64,000 bases of DNA from Ylistrum balloti (taxonomy: Eukaryota), in the NCBI RefSeq assembly GCF_031769215.1, contig NW_026781915.1, positions 3,472,001-3,536,000 on the forward strand. Reading direction: 5' to 3'. Shown piece by piece: positions 1 through 14,202 of the stretch (position 1 is the stretch's first letter; each line of letters opens with the position of its first letter). Below the pieces are notes generated by a model. It was given only the letters and a program-made list of their open reading frames with translations. It searched no databases and had not been told where the DNA came from. The translations under genes were made by a program, and so were the position numbers.

Positions 1-12
1 GTCACGTGTATA
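1..12 (+). promoter_or_regulatory. GTCACGTG (E-box/bZIP-type core) just upstream of the calreticulin 5' UTR
   Basis: The motif is seen about 60 nt before the ATG. The rest of the promoter, including any ERSE CCAAT-N9-CCACG, lies outside the window. Confidence 0.3.
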
Positions 13-64
13 GCCGGCATTTTCATTATAACAAGCTGGACAGTTGTGAGAAGATCTTGAAAGG

Positions 65-3000
65 ATGAAAACGTGTTTGTGTCTGCTGGCGTTGGCCGGA
101 GTTGTTTTCTCCGAGCCAACTACAGTGTTCAGAGAAGAATTCACAGATGGTAAGAAGTTATTTCTTGATGATAACCTTTTTAATTTATATTTTTTTTCGT
201 AACAAATCGACCATGTGCGCAAGATCTTGTCAAATGTCAATACCATTAATGTTTATCACTTAACAGAAATGTCAAAGCATATACTATTTAGGCTTTATAT
301 CCGTTACATTCCTGAGAGTTTCTAAGATTTGCTATGTATTGCAATTTTGTATCGGCGTTGTTACCGTAAAAGTTACCTCGAGGACTATGAGAACTTCAAA
401 GTGCCCCTCCCACTTCATGTCTGGTGGAGCTGGCATCGTCGCTGTTATAGTTGTTCATTAGTATTGGAAATGCTAGCCGTTTAAAGACAGAGGACTTGAA
501 CAGAAAGTATATGTATCTGCATATCAAAGTTATAAGATCTGACTTGAATTATACAGGAACGTGTTTCTATCAAAATCTAATCGTGGAATTTTTTGTTTTG
601 CGAGTAAAGTTTTCTTTGGTCATGACTTGGGAGTGTAATTTACTACTGGTTCATTAATGCAACAAATAAATAAATTGCAGAAAAGTCGCAACAAAAGTTG
701 TAAAGAGCATATTTGGTACATGTATAGAGTTCCTGTCGCCATTCAACACCACACCAATATATAGTTTTTTCATATGAATGTGCTTGAGAGGAGGCAGAAG
801 GTGGGGGCAGACTACTTGTTCCAAGAACCATGTCTATTTTGCCATTAACATACATATAACTAGATATGTGAAGATCTTTAATTGTCTTTCCATTTTGGCA
901 ACTGACATTTTCAAATAAGCAGACATAAACCACAAGTTACAATAACCAGTTCCAAAAGCATTATATTATGGCAAATCAGCCCAAGGAACTAAATGACATG
1001 TCGTAACTTTCAACAGAATAAAACATTTTCTGAAATCCTTTTGACATCTGATTGATGTCAGATGCCCAGAGGCAGATTTGTGGTTGTTGTGTCAATAGCT
1101 ACCAGGGATATAATTAATAATGGCATCAGCATGTTACCTGTTTGAAATCATTAGTTGGTATGCATCATATTACTTCAAGGATTATTGTAACCATGACTTT
1201 ATTATTACAGCTGACTGGGCAGATCGATGGGTAGATTCCAAACACAAGAGTGACCTTGGCAAGTTTGTCCTAAGTGCAGGATCATTTTATGGAGATGCTG
1301 AAAAGGACAAAGGTGTGTAATTATGTTCGACATTGTATCATTTGATTTATGTGAATGTAAAACAGTCTTGTATGAAAACTGTTACTAAATGCAAATAACA
1401 TGTACAATGTGATGATAGGAGCAGAAAAAAATGTGAAAATAAAAAATATGTATATTTCATACTTTAGTTTGCACAAATTGCCTGAAATTGGACATTGCAT
1501 TTTCAGCCTTTGTTATTTGTTATACACAACAGGTATCAAAACTTCTCAAGATGCACGTTTCTATGCAACGTCTGCAAAATTTGACAAGCCTTTTGACAAT
1601 GAAGGAAAGACTCTGGTTGTGCAGTTTACAGTCAAACATGAACAGAACATTGATTGTGGAGGAGGCTATGCTAAACTTTTCCCTTCTGAACTTGACCAGA
1701 CAAATATGCATGGAGATTCCCCATACGCAATCATGTTTGGTATGTATATTTTATTCTGATACAGATTCTTCATAAAATGACTGCAATTTATAGATCTAAT
1801 TAAAATCAATATTCGATCTGTTTTTTCCTTTCCGTTGATTTTGAACAAGTCTCAGTTTAAAAGGCAAACAAGAGAAAAAAAAATAGGATTCAGCATTTGT
1901 ATTTCAATGAACTGAGATTGTCATTATTACTATGTCTTTAAATGCATTTTACAACACAGCACAGAATATTGTTACTACATGCATTGAAATAAAGCTTTCT
2001 GCAAACTCGCATAATCTTTAACAATTTTCAAAAAAAGACCTATAGTAGATATTCTCTATTTGTATATTGTAAAATAAAAACTATTTAGAAATGGTTTGTA
2101 AAAAATGGTTCTGGCAAATTATTTATTTTGATGGCATGTTAGCATTTACTACATTTTTATCAGAAGATCTTAGGTTGCACTCATTGCTGATTTTTTTGGT
2201 CCATTTAAACAGTTGAAATATTCTTTATTCTTAGGACCCGATATATGTGGCCCTGGAACCAAGAAAGTTCATGTCATCTTCAATTACAAAGGAAAGAATC
2301 TGCTAACAAAGAAGGACATCCGATGCAAGGTAATGCAACAGTCTACCCTTTGGTTTTGTACCAAGGGAGATAAGTCAGATAATCAATAATGATGCTTACA
2401 GATAATGAATTTGATACATGTACATGCAAATGTTCTATTTTTGAGCACATAAATCTCCCCCAGTGAAAATTTCAAAAAGTTTGCAAGTAAACTTTGTTAA
2501 AGTGAATATTCTACCTGTATGCGTAAGGGCAACTACAGTGTCTTGTATTGCTTCAGAAACACTCAATATATATGGTAATCAAATGAACTCCTTGATCACC
2601 GATTGCTTGAAAAGTTGTGCTATATTAACTTAGATTTCAATGGACATATGGACTGTTAAGTTTGTCTGGTTTTCAAAAATAATGTGATTTGACTTTTGAA
2701 AATGTGAACAGGAACAATTAAGAGAAAACAATCTCCATTGTATTCTAGGATGATGTTTTCACCCATCTCTATACCCTGGTTGTCAAACCAGACAACACCT
2801 ATGAGGTGAAGATTGACAATGAGAAGGTCGAGAGTGGTACTCTTGAAGAGGACTGGGACTTCCTTCCAGCTAAGAAAATCAAGGTAATTTTTATGAGCAT
2901 GGTTGAAAGGTTGGTAATATGCTAGCCTCCGAGTAATTGAAGATTTTCTTCTTTCTTGCCTTGCAACTTTTTGACTACATAAAAATCTGTGAACTCCAGA

Positions 3001-4711
3001 ATTTAAATGGGTATAAATGAGTTGAGTTTTGTACACTGAAAGTATGTATATTAGAAATCCTAAGCAGTGCTATTAGTCAACATTAGATTGTTATACAGGC
3101 AAGTTAATGTTATGGATGACTTTGACTCGGGGACACCATTTTGATATTTCATTAGGATCCTGAAGCAAAGAAACCAGATGATTGGGATGAGCGTGAGAAG
3201 ATTGATGATCCAGAAGACTCCAAGCCTGATGACTGGGATAAGGCTGAGCATATTCCAGACCCTGATGCCAAGAAACCTGATGACTGGGATGATGATATGG
3301 ACGGAGAATGGGAGCCACCAATGATTGACAACCCAGAATACAAGGTAGGTTTCCGATATAAGCTGCTTAACAACATGGGGGTAGTTTAAAATCACAAGAC
3401 ATGCCATGTGATCAAGCCTTCTGCTGATGACTTTAGATTCATGAATTTAATGACAATCCCCAATTGATGATCATGGTTTCACCAAGCTTAGCTTGTTCTT
3501 TTTGAAATGTGATTTTCTTTTGCCAAATACCTGGTTTAAACCCTGTACCAATGTTGTATATTAATCTTTTCAGGGAGAATGGAAACCAAAGCAGATTGAT
3601 AACCCAGACTACAAAGGAAAGTGGATTCATCCAGAAATTGACAACCCTGAATACAGCCCTGATGATAAACTTTACCATTATAGTGATATTGGTGTTATTG
3701 GATTTGATTTATGGCAGGTAAGAATTAACAGAGAATAACGTTAATTGAAATCAACCTATTGAGTTTAGTTAACTACAAGAACCGACCAATTTATTCTCAC
3801 AACAGTAATTTTACAAAAACTTGTTAAAAAATGTATGTTTTCAATATGATTGAAGTTTCTGATAGTTTGTATACATTTAGTAATAAACAAGTTTATTCAC
3901 AAAAAGAAATGTATTAAGATTCAGTAATTGAATTTTTTCATCTACTTTATATTTTAATTATTTAGAGAAAAAAACTTGTAAACAGACTGGTCAGATAGAG
4001 CACAGTTGCTTCACGTTTTGACTTAAACTGTTTCAGTTAGTGTGTTGGTTGGATAATCTCTCTTTTGTCATTTAGCATTTTATTTGATATAAAATGTTTT
4101 TCAGGTAAAATCTGGAACAATTTTCGATAACATTCTGATCACGGATGATGTGGATTTTGCTGAAAAAGTAGGAAAAGATACATGGGGACAAACTAAAGAT
4201 CCTGAAAAGAAAATGAAAGATGCTGCTGATGAGGAAGACAGAAAGAAGAAAGAGGAAGAAGACAGAATTCGCAAGGAGGAGGAAGGTTAGTTCATCTTAA
4301 TGATTTTTTAGGAAATGTCTTTGGAGAATGCATTTCCATTTTTTGAGATGTTTACTGATTTAAGGACCCTTTCTATATAATACATCAATGTAAAGCTTTT
4401 TTCTGTCACATTTCGAGCAAAAAAGATCAAATCCAAAGAAACGGTTATTGCTTGGGGGAAAAAATTATATAGCACAAAATATGACTTTAAGTTTTTGACA
4501 CAAATCTTCAATGTCAAAAAGACATGCTCTTATCAAAGTGAACAGGTACTTATCAGAGAAATATTGTTACATGTATCGAAGGAAATGTCTTGACAGCATA
4601 TTTTACTTTACAGAAGCAAATAAATCTAAAGATGATGAGGATGAGGATGAAGAAGATGAAGATGCCGATGAAGAAGAGGAGGAGGACCAGGAGGTTCATG
4701 ATGAACTCTAG
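65..4711 (+). CDS. CALR: Calreticulin, 9 coding exons, 411 aa
   Basis: Exons 65-149, 1211-1312, 1533-1739, 2235-2329, 2749-2883, 3156-3344, 3574-3717, 4105-4285, 4614-4711. All are GT-AG with matching phases (1236 nt). Features: signal peptide [30 protein letters not shown] and IMFGPDICG signatures, P-domain repeats ([26 protein letters not shown]), acidic C-tail and C-terminal HDEL ER-retention signal. Confidence 0.98.
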
Positions 4712-5203
4712 ATGACGCACCAATTTCCATATGTGATTCATACTTGTTAGTGCAGTATTGGGACGATGCGCTCATTTTTAAAGGGACACATTCATAAATC
4801 ATGTGGGGAACATACTTTTGTTAATTTCTTCTTTCATAGTGAATACTTTTTAATATAAGATGGGGACTAGACTTTAACTTATACCATTGTGCAACTGTGT
4901 TTGAATGTTGTGTAACTGTTGAGAGTTTAGATACAAGTGAGGAGAGTATTTGTTGGTGTCTGATAATTGAGTAAGTGTATGATACCTGGGCTTGCTTTAA
5001 CAGTCTTTCTGAGTAGCTAGTAATGTCCCTGACACAACTATTTCTAGGGTTTGGAAATTCAACCCTAATCAGAAGTTACAAATGATAGGTTCTATTTTTC
5101 ATGTTTTCTTTTGAGATTTATTCAGTTTCTTCACCTATGATTTAAGACTGTATTTTAAGTCCAGGTTCTCTGCAGTGTTTTGATCCATGATGGATGAAGT
5201 GGT

Positions 5204-5209
5204 AATAAA
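5204..5209 (+). terminator. Probable calreticulin polyadenylation signal
   Basis: AATAAA about 490 nt after the stop, followed by a GT/T-rich downstream element (tttgtgtatttgttgtttt). Confidence 0.6.
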
Positions 5210-5399
5210 CACTTTGTTTTATAAAATTTGTGTATTTGTTGTTTTTAACATATTCTCTAAATGGCCATTTTAATGGTACTTTTCTTGAACTGTTTCATTA
5301 AGTACTTCAGTCCCATCATTAAATAATCACCATTTGTTCTTTTCAAGTTGGATGTTTAAGTTTATGTCATCTTCTTAATTATCAGTAATTTGAGGGTTC

Positions 5400-6470
5400 T
5401 TACAAAATCAAATTCAAGATGGTCATGTTGGCCATTTTGTTTTCAGATAATAATTTGAGAAGTGATCCATCTTGTACTTTTAAAAACAAGAATGAAGTTC
5501 AATTTTCTGATTTGGTCCAAAAATCAAAAGCACACATAAGGACCAGAGGTAACCTACATATGAAAGATCCATGGAGAAATAACAAACTATCATCACTGTT
5601 GGTCTTGTTGTTTTTCCTGAAGCGCTCCAGTACTTCAACATAGATAAACATTCGATTGTCCAAATTGGTCCCGAAATCAAAGGCACCACTGAACACAAAA
5701 CACTACATCCATAAAAACTAAGGGAGGACCATCTAGTCCTCAAGAAATAGAAGAATTCTTGGGACAGACACTGGGCGATATGAACAGCCATCTATCTGGT
5801 GTGGTGGTCTTAACATGCCCATAGGGCCTGTATCGTCACCAAACTTTGCTGAAATTGCTTATTAAAAATAAAGGAAATGGAATTTTAAACGTCCAAGTAC
5901 ACAATACATCATAAATATTTCTGCCATTGGGTCTAAATCTGTACCCATGATAAGTGGGTCAAACCATTGATGCCTCGGACCAAAATGGGACCTGATCCTG
6001 CCATTCCCACAGAAGAAAGGATTTTAATGAATGTTTATTTCCACTAATGAGCCCCACCTCTGTCATAAAAGGGGCTAAGACTCACTCTGCAAACCCTCTA
6101 AAATTGATTTCCCTCCACCCTAACATGCTTCAGACCAAATTGGAACAGAATCCATGCATTCCAATGAAAGAAAGATTTTGTAGTCTGTTTTATTTCATGT
6201 ATTGTGTCTTGCCCCATCAGCCCCACACCAGGACCCACATTTTATACAAAATTTTGTTCCTTAACACAATGTAGCTTCAGACCAATCTTGGGCAGTATCT
6301 AGACGTTCCTAATGAAGAAGGAATTTGAAGAATGATCCCTATTGATCCCTGCCCCAAAGACCCTTTGTTTATAAAAAAAAAAATTAGTTCTCTTCATTTT
6401 ATGGATGAATTTCAAAGAATGAAGTTTTTTTCCATATTTGGTCCTACCTCTGAGGCCCCATGTTGATCTA
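5400..6470. mobile_element. Degraded non-autonomous dispersed repeats (HINE/pearl-like pieces)
   Basis: Shares motifs with other copies in the window: aaattcaagatgg at 5410 and 11490, and gcttcagaccaa at 6127 and 6274 (147 bp apart), also at 32464-32910. Confidence 0.55.
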
Positions 6471-7699
6471 TATTAAACAAGAGTACTGTCAAATGTAGAC
6501 TTAGCTTGCTTCGCAGTGTTATCGCTAATCCTAAAACTAACATTCCAGTGCGTTTTTTCCCATTGGAATCTACATCCAATTATATTGATACTTGAACTGG
6601 AAGTCCAGACTTTCAACACTGTTATGAAAAAATTAAGAGTTGACACAAAAAGTAACAAAATATACAAAAAACAACAAAACACAAAAAATAAAAAGCCCAG
6701 ACCTTTTTTCTCAAAAAGGGGTGACAACATAAACTTCCCCTCTCTTCAAGATGCGACCCAAAAATTGTTCCTCTTTCTCCAAGAATGCTTCTGACTATAT
6801 TTTTGTCAAATTTCCCTCAGTCTTTCATGATGAGATTTTTGGGAAAAAATTCAAATGACGGACTATGGCAAAAGACAATTCTTCCTTCAGAGCAGGTGTG
6901 CTAGAAATTCTGACCGGTGTATAAAACTGTATACAAGGCTGCTTTCGTTTATCCCAACTGAAACTATTCAGATGGCACAGAATTATTCCTGATAAATGAT
7001 CTCTGTAATACCAAATGTTGTAAATGTCAAATATAAGACATCAAAGCAATTATGATATATCTTTCATCTTAATTTGTACTGAATATACAATATCCAGGAA
7101 TATGCGTGTGCAACAACCCTGCTTTTTTGCAGAAATTGTGAACACTAGTTTTGGGCTGGTTCTTCTGGGCCCATCAAACCATTTATGCCGAATGATCTGT
7201 GTATGGCATTTTATTTGCAGGCTCAGTCTCTTCAACTACTCATTGGAAAGCAACCTACATCTTTGGTTAACTCCTCCAATCATCTATGGCCGATTTTTTT
7301 GAAACCTCATACATAACTACCCCTTGAGGTTGTCCAACTGGGGATCATTTTTCATTCTGATCCTTATGGATTTATGTTTGGTTGATTAGCATGAATCTAT
7401 ATCCAGGAAATTCCTCTGAAGACAACGTGGCCTTTCTAAATGAAATTTACATGTAGCACAAATCCCTTAAAGTTATTGATATGTATATAGTTGCCTTCCT
7501 CTTTCTCCTTTACCTGAAAAACAGTAAAAGTGTTTGTTCGGACAATTTCCCAGAGACTTGTAGGTTTTATGTTAATTTATGCTAATGGAGATTTCTTTCA
7601 AGACCATAATGGTTAATAAAAGTTGATTGAATGGTTCTGTTCATGAAGACAAATGTTAAAAATCAATCGGTCAAAATAAAATGTTGCTTACCACAATGA

Positions 7700-7770
7700 A
7701 ACCCAAACCAGGGCTTGAACCTGGATTTTCCATTTCAATCAATGGACACTTTTCATTAAGTTACCTGGGT
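7700..7770 (-). mobile_element. Degraded tRNA-derived SINE head
   Basis: The minus strand reads taacttaatg (A-box-like) ... ccaggttcaagccctgg (B-box GGTTCRA in a T-arm stem). It does not fold into a full cloverleaf. Confidence 0.45.
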
Positions 7771-9383
7771 TTATGTATGGTTTTCACAACAAGGATAGAA
7801 AAACAAAATGAAAATTTTTATTTCATCATAGATGATAAATAAACTGTCAATTGCTTTATTGGAGGAGTCACCATTTAAAACATTAAGGAGTAAAATATAT
7901 CTAACATATCCAGTTTATCCCGATTTAAATATGCAAATCTTTTATTTCTATCACTGATATAAAGTTCTGACAAGGTATTACAACTCTGGTAAGTTCTGTT
8001 GCAAACACACACTCTGACTTGAGAAGAAGGTTTCTATAGATCTGATTTGACCTCACTGGGATTATTGCCAAGCAAAATTATTGCCAAACTTATGTTGGAT
8101 AAGTGTTGTGCTTTTAAATGTTGGCTCATTGGTGCATGTACTAAAATATACAACTTACTCTTAGAAGATGAAAATTTTATTTAACTTAAAACATCACCAT
8201 AAAACAATTGATTTTTTTTTAAATGTATCTCCTTATGGAAAATAATATAAAAAATATGCACATAATGAGTTTAATCAATAACCATCAAAAGGAAATCATT
8301 ATCTGTTAATCAACAGTCTGGATATGTTCATTTTTGTTTCATATGTAATAATAATCTGCACAAAACGCCATTGCCTGTAAACAAAAAAACATCTTCCCAC
8401 TTGATTCGGTGCTACATTGTTGGCGATTAACGTCACTTATTTCATAATTCTAAGAGTTATCAAATGATATTTGCCACACCTTTAACAAAAACCAGTGCTG
8501 AAAAAAGAGATTTTACTTGCAGTGTCACTGCTGTCGCAGTGATTCTGCCCATCATCATGTCTTAGTGTGTTTTTACAAATTGACCTGCCTCATTTCCAAA
8601 ATTTTTATGCAACATTAGCATTGCTAATTTTGAGAGGGGTTTCCCAAGTGGTGAAGTTGAACATTGGAAATCGACTGTTAATATCGGGATAGCATAGAAA
8701 TGTAAATGCATAAAACATGTACAACCAATAACAAAATGAATGTTTTTGCTATTATGACCCTTTAAAGTCTTTTAACTACATTCCGTAATGAATGTAAAAT
8801 TAAAAGCCAAAGAAATGAATTCATGACACCAAATGCTGGCCAGACTCAACATACTCAATAAGGAATAGTGTTGGTGTACTGTTGCAAATAAACACAAAGT
8901 GATATATTTCTACCATAAATCATTCTTTTTCTTCTGATCACGGTACATTTAGGGATCAATCTATAAATAACTGCTTAGTATTAGGGGGTTCATGAAGTAT
9001 CTTGTACAAAAACTTTTCAATTAGAAAATTGTCAAATGTGTTGACCTTTGACCTCATACCTAAACCAATAACGACTAAAACAAATCAAATCTGGTATAGA
9101 ATTTGAGATATCTTCTGTTCAAAATTTTTCCTTCAAGGGTGGTAAAAAGGGACCTGCAATGACCATCAGATTTGGATCTGGTCTAGAATTTGATAGTGTG
9201 CAGCTAGGGTGTGAATAGTAAATTAAACTATTATTATTTTCGTTAGATATCCTGTATGCACAATTTTTGTTTCCAAGGTGGTGAAACTTCATCCTTGTCC
9301 GATGACCACCAAAATCTAAACAGGTGTAGATCTAGACTGGATTGCATGCTGTAGTTTCTCTACCCACAGCTAGACTTCACTTC

Positions 9384-10704
9384 AACAAGAGGCCCAAGGG
9401 GCCTTAACGGTCACCTGAGGAATATATGCCAATAATCTGGGGATTTTGAAATGTTGCAAAAATGTGACAACACTTGTGCAGGACCAAGTGTAAAACATCT
9501 GTACCAAGTTTGAACATGACCCACCCAATGGTTCTTGAGAGGAAGTCCATAATGTCTTAGCCAAACAGAAGCCAGGGTGGCCATCTTGGATTCTGAATTG
9601 CCCCAAAAAGTTAAAACACTTGCCAGGACCTTGTGAAGAACATCCGTAATAAGTTTCCCCCCTCCTGGGGCCACGCCCTTTTTCTTCGCAAACTTGAAGT
9701 GGCTTCCCATGGGGATGCTTTGTGCCAAGTTTGGTCAAAATCCATCCACTGGTTCTTGAGAAGTAATCATTTAATGAAGGTTTTTACATATGGTCACTTT
9801 TACACCCCTTATGGGCCCCAAAGGGAACATAATCACTTTTTTCAACACAATTTCACATGTTCTTCACTTAGGGATGCTTTCTACCAAATTTGGTTGAAAT
9901 TGGTCAAAGTTGAATTTTCGACCCTTTTGAGCGCCCCCTAGTGGGGCCGTTTTTGACCTGATTTTTTTTTCATTCACAAACTTTGTAGACCTTGCCATAA
10001 GGACCCTAAATATCAAATATGAATTTAATCTGACTGTTGGTTCATGAGAAGATGATTTTAAAAGATTTACCTAATTTTACCCCCCTTTTCCCCCTCCTGG
10101 GGCCACACCCTTTTTCTTCGCAAACTTGAAGCGGCTTCCCATGGAGATGCTTTGTGCCAAGTTTGGTCAAAACCCATCCAATAGTTCTTGAGAAGAAGTC
10201 ATTTAATGAAGGTTTTTTACTTATGGCCCCTTTTACACCCCTTATGGGCCCCAAAGAGGACATTATCACTTTTTTCAACATAATTTCATATGTCCTTCAA
10301 TAAGGGATGTTTTCTACCATATTTGGTTGAAATAGGTCAGTTGAATTTTAGACCCTTTTGAGCGCCCCCTAGTGGGGCAGTTTTTGACCCGATTTTTTTT
10401 CATACACAAACTTTGTAGACCTTGCCATAAGGACCCTAAATATCAAATATGAATTTAATCTGACTGTTGGTTCATGAGAAGAAGATTTTTAAAGATTTAC
10501 CTAATTTTACCCCCTTTTCCCCCCTCATGCGGCCCCTATTGGGGCCACACCCTTTTCTTCGCAAACTTGAAGCAGCTTCCCATGGGGATGCTTTGTGCCA
10601 AGTTTGGTCAAAATCCATTCAGTGGTTCTTGAGAAGAAGTCAAATATGTGAAAAGTTAACAACGCACGACGCCTGACAAATCTTCGGCTCAGGCGACCTA
10701 AAAA
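9384..10704 (-). mobile_element. Helentron/HINE-like non-autonomous element with internal 431-443 bp tandem units
   Basis: Subterminal inverted repeats ggtcacctgag (9409-9419) and ctcaggcgacc (10688-10698), 1 mismatch. An adjacent stem-loop ggccc-aag-gggcc (9391-9403) and T-rich ends on the minus strand. About 2.3 internal tandem units (tggggccac at 9666, 10097, 10540). Confidence 0.75.
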
Positions 10705-13700
10705 GGTGGGACTGAAATTTGAGAAGGCCTATACGTAAAATGCAAGATAGCCATTTAACTTCCAACCATAATATTATTCATTCCAGTTTAAAATTAATCA
10801 GGCACAAAGGACTATGGTTAGTCTTAAAAGCAAAACTGAAAAGACTCGTGCTGCACTTCTCAAGAAATAGCTGTAGAAATTTTCTAGGTTCAAAATCAAA
10901 GATGGTTGACGACAGGATACAGATCTGTTCACTATACATTGGAAATTTGAGAAAAATCTATTCAGTACTTTTTATGTGGTTCTCATAACCAACTCCAACT
11001 TTCAAAACCCGATAAGGCCTTTGTAATAAACCTATGCCATGTACGGAATTAAAGAATGACCCATCAAGTAATTTTAAAGAAAGAGTACAAACCAGAATCT
11101 TTCAAGGATATGCATACAAGTAATGTACAAAGAGCAATTTAAACAACTTGTCATCAGTTCACTAAAAATACATAAAATTCAGCGATGTTTCTGTTGTTAA
11201 AGACAAAATTACCTAAACATAGCTTGTTGACTAACATGAGGGGTGTATAAGCATTTCAACAACTGACCTCATATACTGCAAAACCTTAAATACAAGAGAT
11301 ACCTGGGTAATCTTAATTGGGGCCTCACCATCATATCACACTTAAAGGCTTTTATTGGTTTTATTGTTTCCCATTCACTTCTATCCACAGATTTGTTCTA
11401 AACAATGAACAAAAAGGGAAAAGCTATATGTGTAGACAATGATCCCTCTATTGCTTTGAAACAGTGATAACAATCTACTGCCATAAAAATTCAAGATGGT
11501 CATCTGTCAGACATTTGCTTTTTCTGATCAGCCAAATATAGTCAACTGAATGCACAACCTTTGACTATGGCCTATTACACCACTTTAAGAGAATAATCCA
11601 TCAAGTAGTTACTAATAACATACCAGGCTATAATTGTCAAAATCAAAAATGTGTGCCATATTATAACAATGATCTGTCTCAAGATAATAATACACAACTG
11701 GGGACCAAGGGGATCTCACATAGGTCAACCCCTATCCTGAAATAAGAAGTGTCAGAGCAACATTTGAGTATAAATCAATCTAGTTATCTTCAATAAATTG
11801 ACATATATGAATATATCAGACTTAACTATGTATTGTTGATGAACAGACTCATCTTGATCAAATGGTAATTTGAACCGCCCACAATCTTATGACAGTGGAC
11901 TTGAAATAACCAGATGGACATGTTTCCATAGAAACCATATTTATCAGCAGACATGCTTTCATGGTACAAGGCAATACACTGTAATTACCACCATGATGTA
12001 GCTTAATCCCTTCCTATAAAAAACGATGCTTTGGTGTGCACTCCTTAAATACTGGTCAAGTGTTTTGTTGCAAATTATTAATATTTTTCTGTCATGATGT
12101 ATTACTAAATGTTTAAGATTTCATCGTATCTCTGTTCTTATTCTTCTGGATGTGGTAGATAGGTGGAAACTGTTGGTATAAACTTACATTTCTTATGAAA
12201 CTCATCTGAAAGGATTTAGACACTTCATAATGTATGTATAGTGCAGCATTTGGCAAGAATTAAGTCATTTTTGTTCATGACATTTTGTCATACTGTCATT
12301 TCAATATTCTCGCACCTTGCATGTAAAATTTGGCAATGAAATGTACTATATAAAGCACATGTCAAGTGTTAAAACTCTACAGACAGTGAGAACTAATAGC
12401 TTTCCTTTGATACTCATAACACTGCCATCTGAAGAGGAGCTCACTGGAAATATTTATATTAAAGTGAATATGTTGTGGGAAAGATAGCAAGGAAGGCATG
12501 AACAAAGGGAAAAAACTCTAAACAGTTGGTTAAATGCGGTAATCTAGTTTTGCATGTATTTTGAGGCATGATACTCAATTTTTTGCTTGCAACACTTAAT
12601 CATCTCACAAGGTGTACATTATCTTGTTTATGACTTAGACATCCAACATGTCAGATTGACTTTAATAATCGAGTGCAATATCTTTAATTTTCTTTTTGTA
12701 CAGGTGGGTGGGAGGTCTAGTCTCACCAAACATTAGAAATGCCTATCTACATTTAACAAGCATTCTAGAATTAATATTACAGTAGATCCCATTTAATATG
12801 ATATCTCGTTTAAACATTTACCACATAGCAAATATTCTCTTCATTAACTTTCTTTACAATAACTGCTTATAAGGAATAATATTTGGGTCCTTTTTTTTCT
12901 TAATTGATTTTGATATCCTTTCGATCAAATCAGGTGTCTGTAACTGGGCTATCCCTGGCAACACTTTTTAGTCACAAATTTTCACCCAAGGGCACTTGCC
13001 TATCTCTGCAGGCAAGTTTTCATACCTGGCACTATGTAAACAACAGTGATGAAGTCATCTGCCTGTTTTGGCCATTTCAGTCAAATAAAACATTTACCAA
13101 ACTTTTAAAAACAATTAAAATGAGAATCAATACAAGAGCTTGCAATATTGTTTTGGTTTTATCAGAATATATTTGAGTATTACTTCGTTTGTAAAACAAG
13201 CTGCTAACCTCTTACTCAACATATGATTGCTGTTGCTTTTGCAGACAAAATATTGTTTTCAGGAACAAGATAATTTCATTGCCGACTCGTATTCGACATT
13301 ACATGTAAACCTAACCAATCAGGACTACTACTTTGTCTTGATTTGCTCTTTCAAAAAGGTTGGAAAAACAGAATTAAAAGTGAAAGTTATACATTTTGTT
13401 CGATTTGACTATATTTTCCGAGTACAGCAGCATGATTGATCTGCCAATACTGCAATACTGATAAATTATAATTGATATTAATTTTGGTAGTTATAATAGT
13501 CCGTCGATTATACCTTGCCAATATCTCTATTTTAACTTTTAGTTCAAGTAATTTTATTGCTTACATGTTTTTTTTATATATATTTTTCTTTGGAAAAGAA
13601 TATATAATATGCAAGTGGGTTCCAGTTTTCCTCCCAATTCTGTTACTTTATCTACTATGAGATAAGACAGATTCTTTTGAGAAAAGTGATATCTTGTCAA

Positions 13701-13800
13701 ATTATACCTCACTGCATACATAGTTATTTAATTACTATTGTACAAAATGAAGTGTAACATATCAAGATACCACTCGTTTCTAACTGTTCCATTTACCAAG

Positions 13801-14202
13801 TCAGTTGACTTCACCATGTGTCTTGGAGTTCCTTTTTCTAGAAGAGGTTCCAGGACTGGATGGTGTTAGGTCCTCAGCAACACTTTATTCAACTTATATC
13901 TGTTTCTGCCTCCAGAGGTGTTCTAAGACCTCACCAGATAGGTCAGGAATCACATCAGCACCATCACCATGTAGGCCTAGGCTCACATCCATATTTTTGC
14001 CACTTAGGTCAGGGCTTGCATCCAAAGCCTTGCCATTCCCTTTGTTGATCTTAGTACCTGAAAGGACATCGACATCAAAGTTACCGAAACCAATTAAAGA
14101 ATTGGCTGTAACCTGATCCAGCAAGTGTGCGGTCACTGAACTGCAACGTACCAATTTTTTTGTGCTCCTTACTTTTCCTATACCACGGCAGAAACTACCG
14201 CA
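13801..14202 (-). pseudogene. Possible decayed coding fragment of unknown origin
   Basis: A GC-richer island. One minus-strand frame of 134 codons is interrupted only by two close TAA codons (13896-13894, 13887-13885). No family recognised. Confidence 0.3.

Noticed and set aside
7700-7770. Possible tRNA genes here and at 39340-39436
   Set aside because: Only degenerate A/B boxes are present with no complete cloverleaf, so they are better explained as SINE heads.
9382-10676. ORFs of 70-120 aa inside the HINE-like element
   Set aside because: They lie in repeated non-coding core units, with no Rep/helicase or transposase motifs.
12185-12210. 18-nt AG/GT-bounded micro-exon on minus (ATGAGTTTCATAAGAAAT|gtaagt)
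   Set aside because: It is isolated with no partner exons, and such signals are common by chance.
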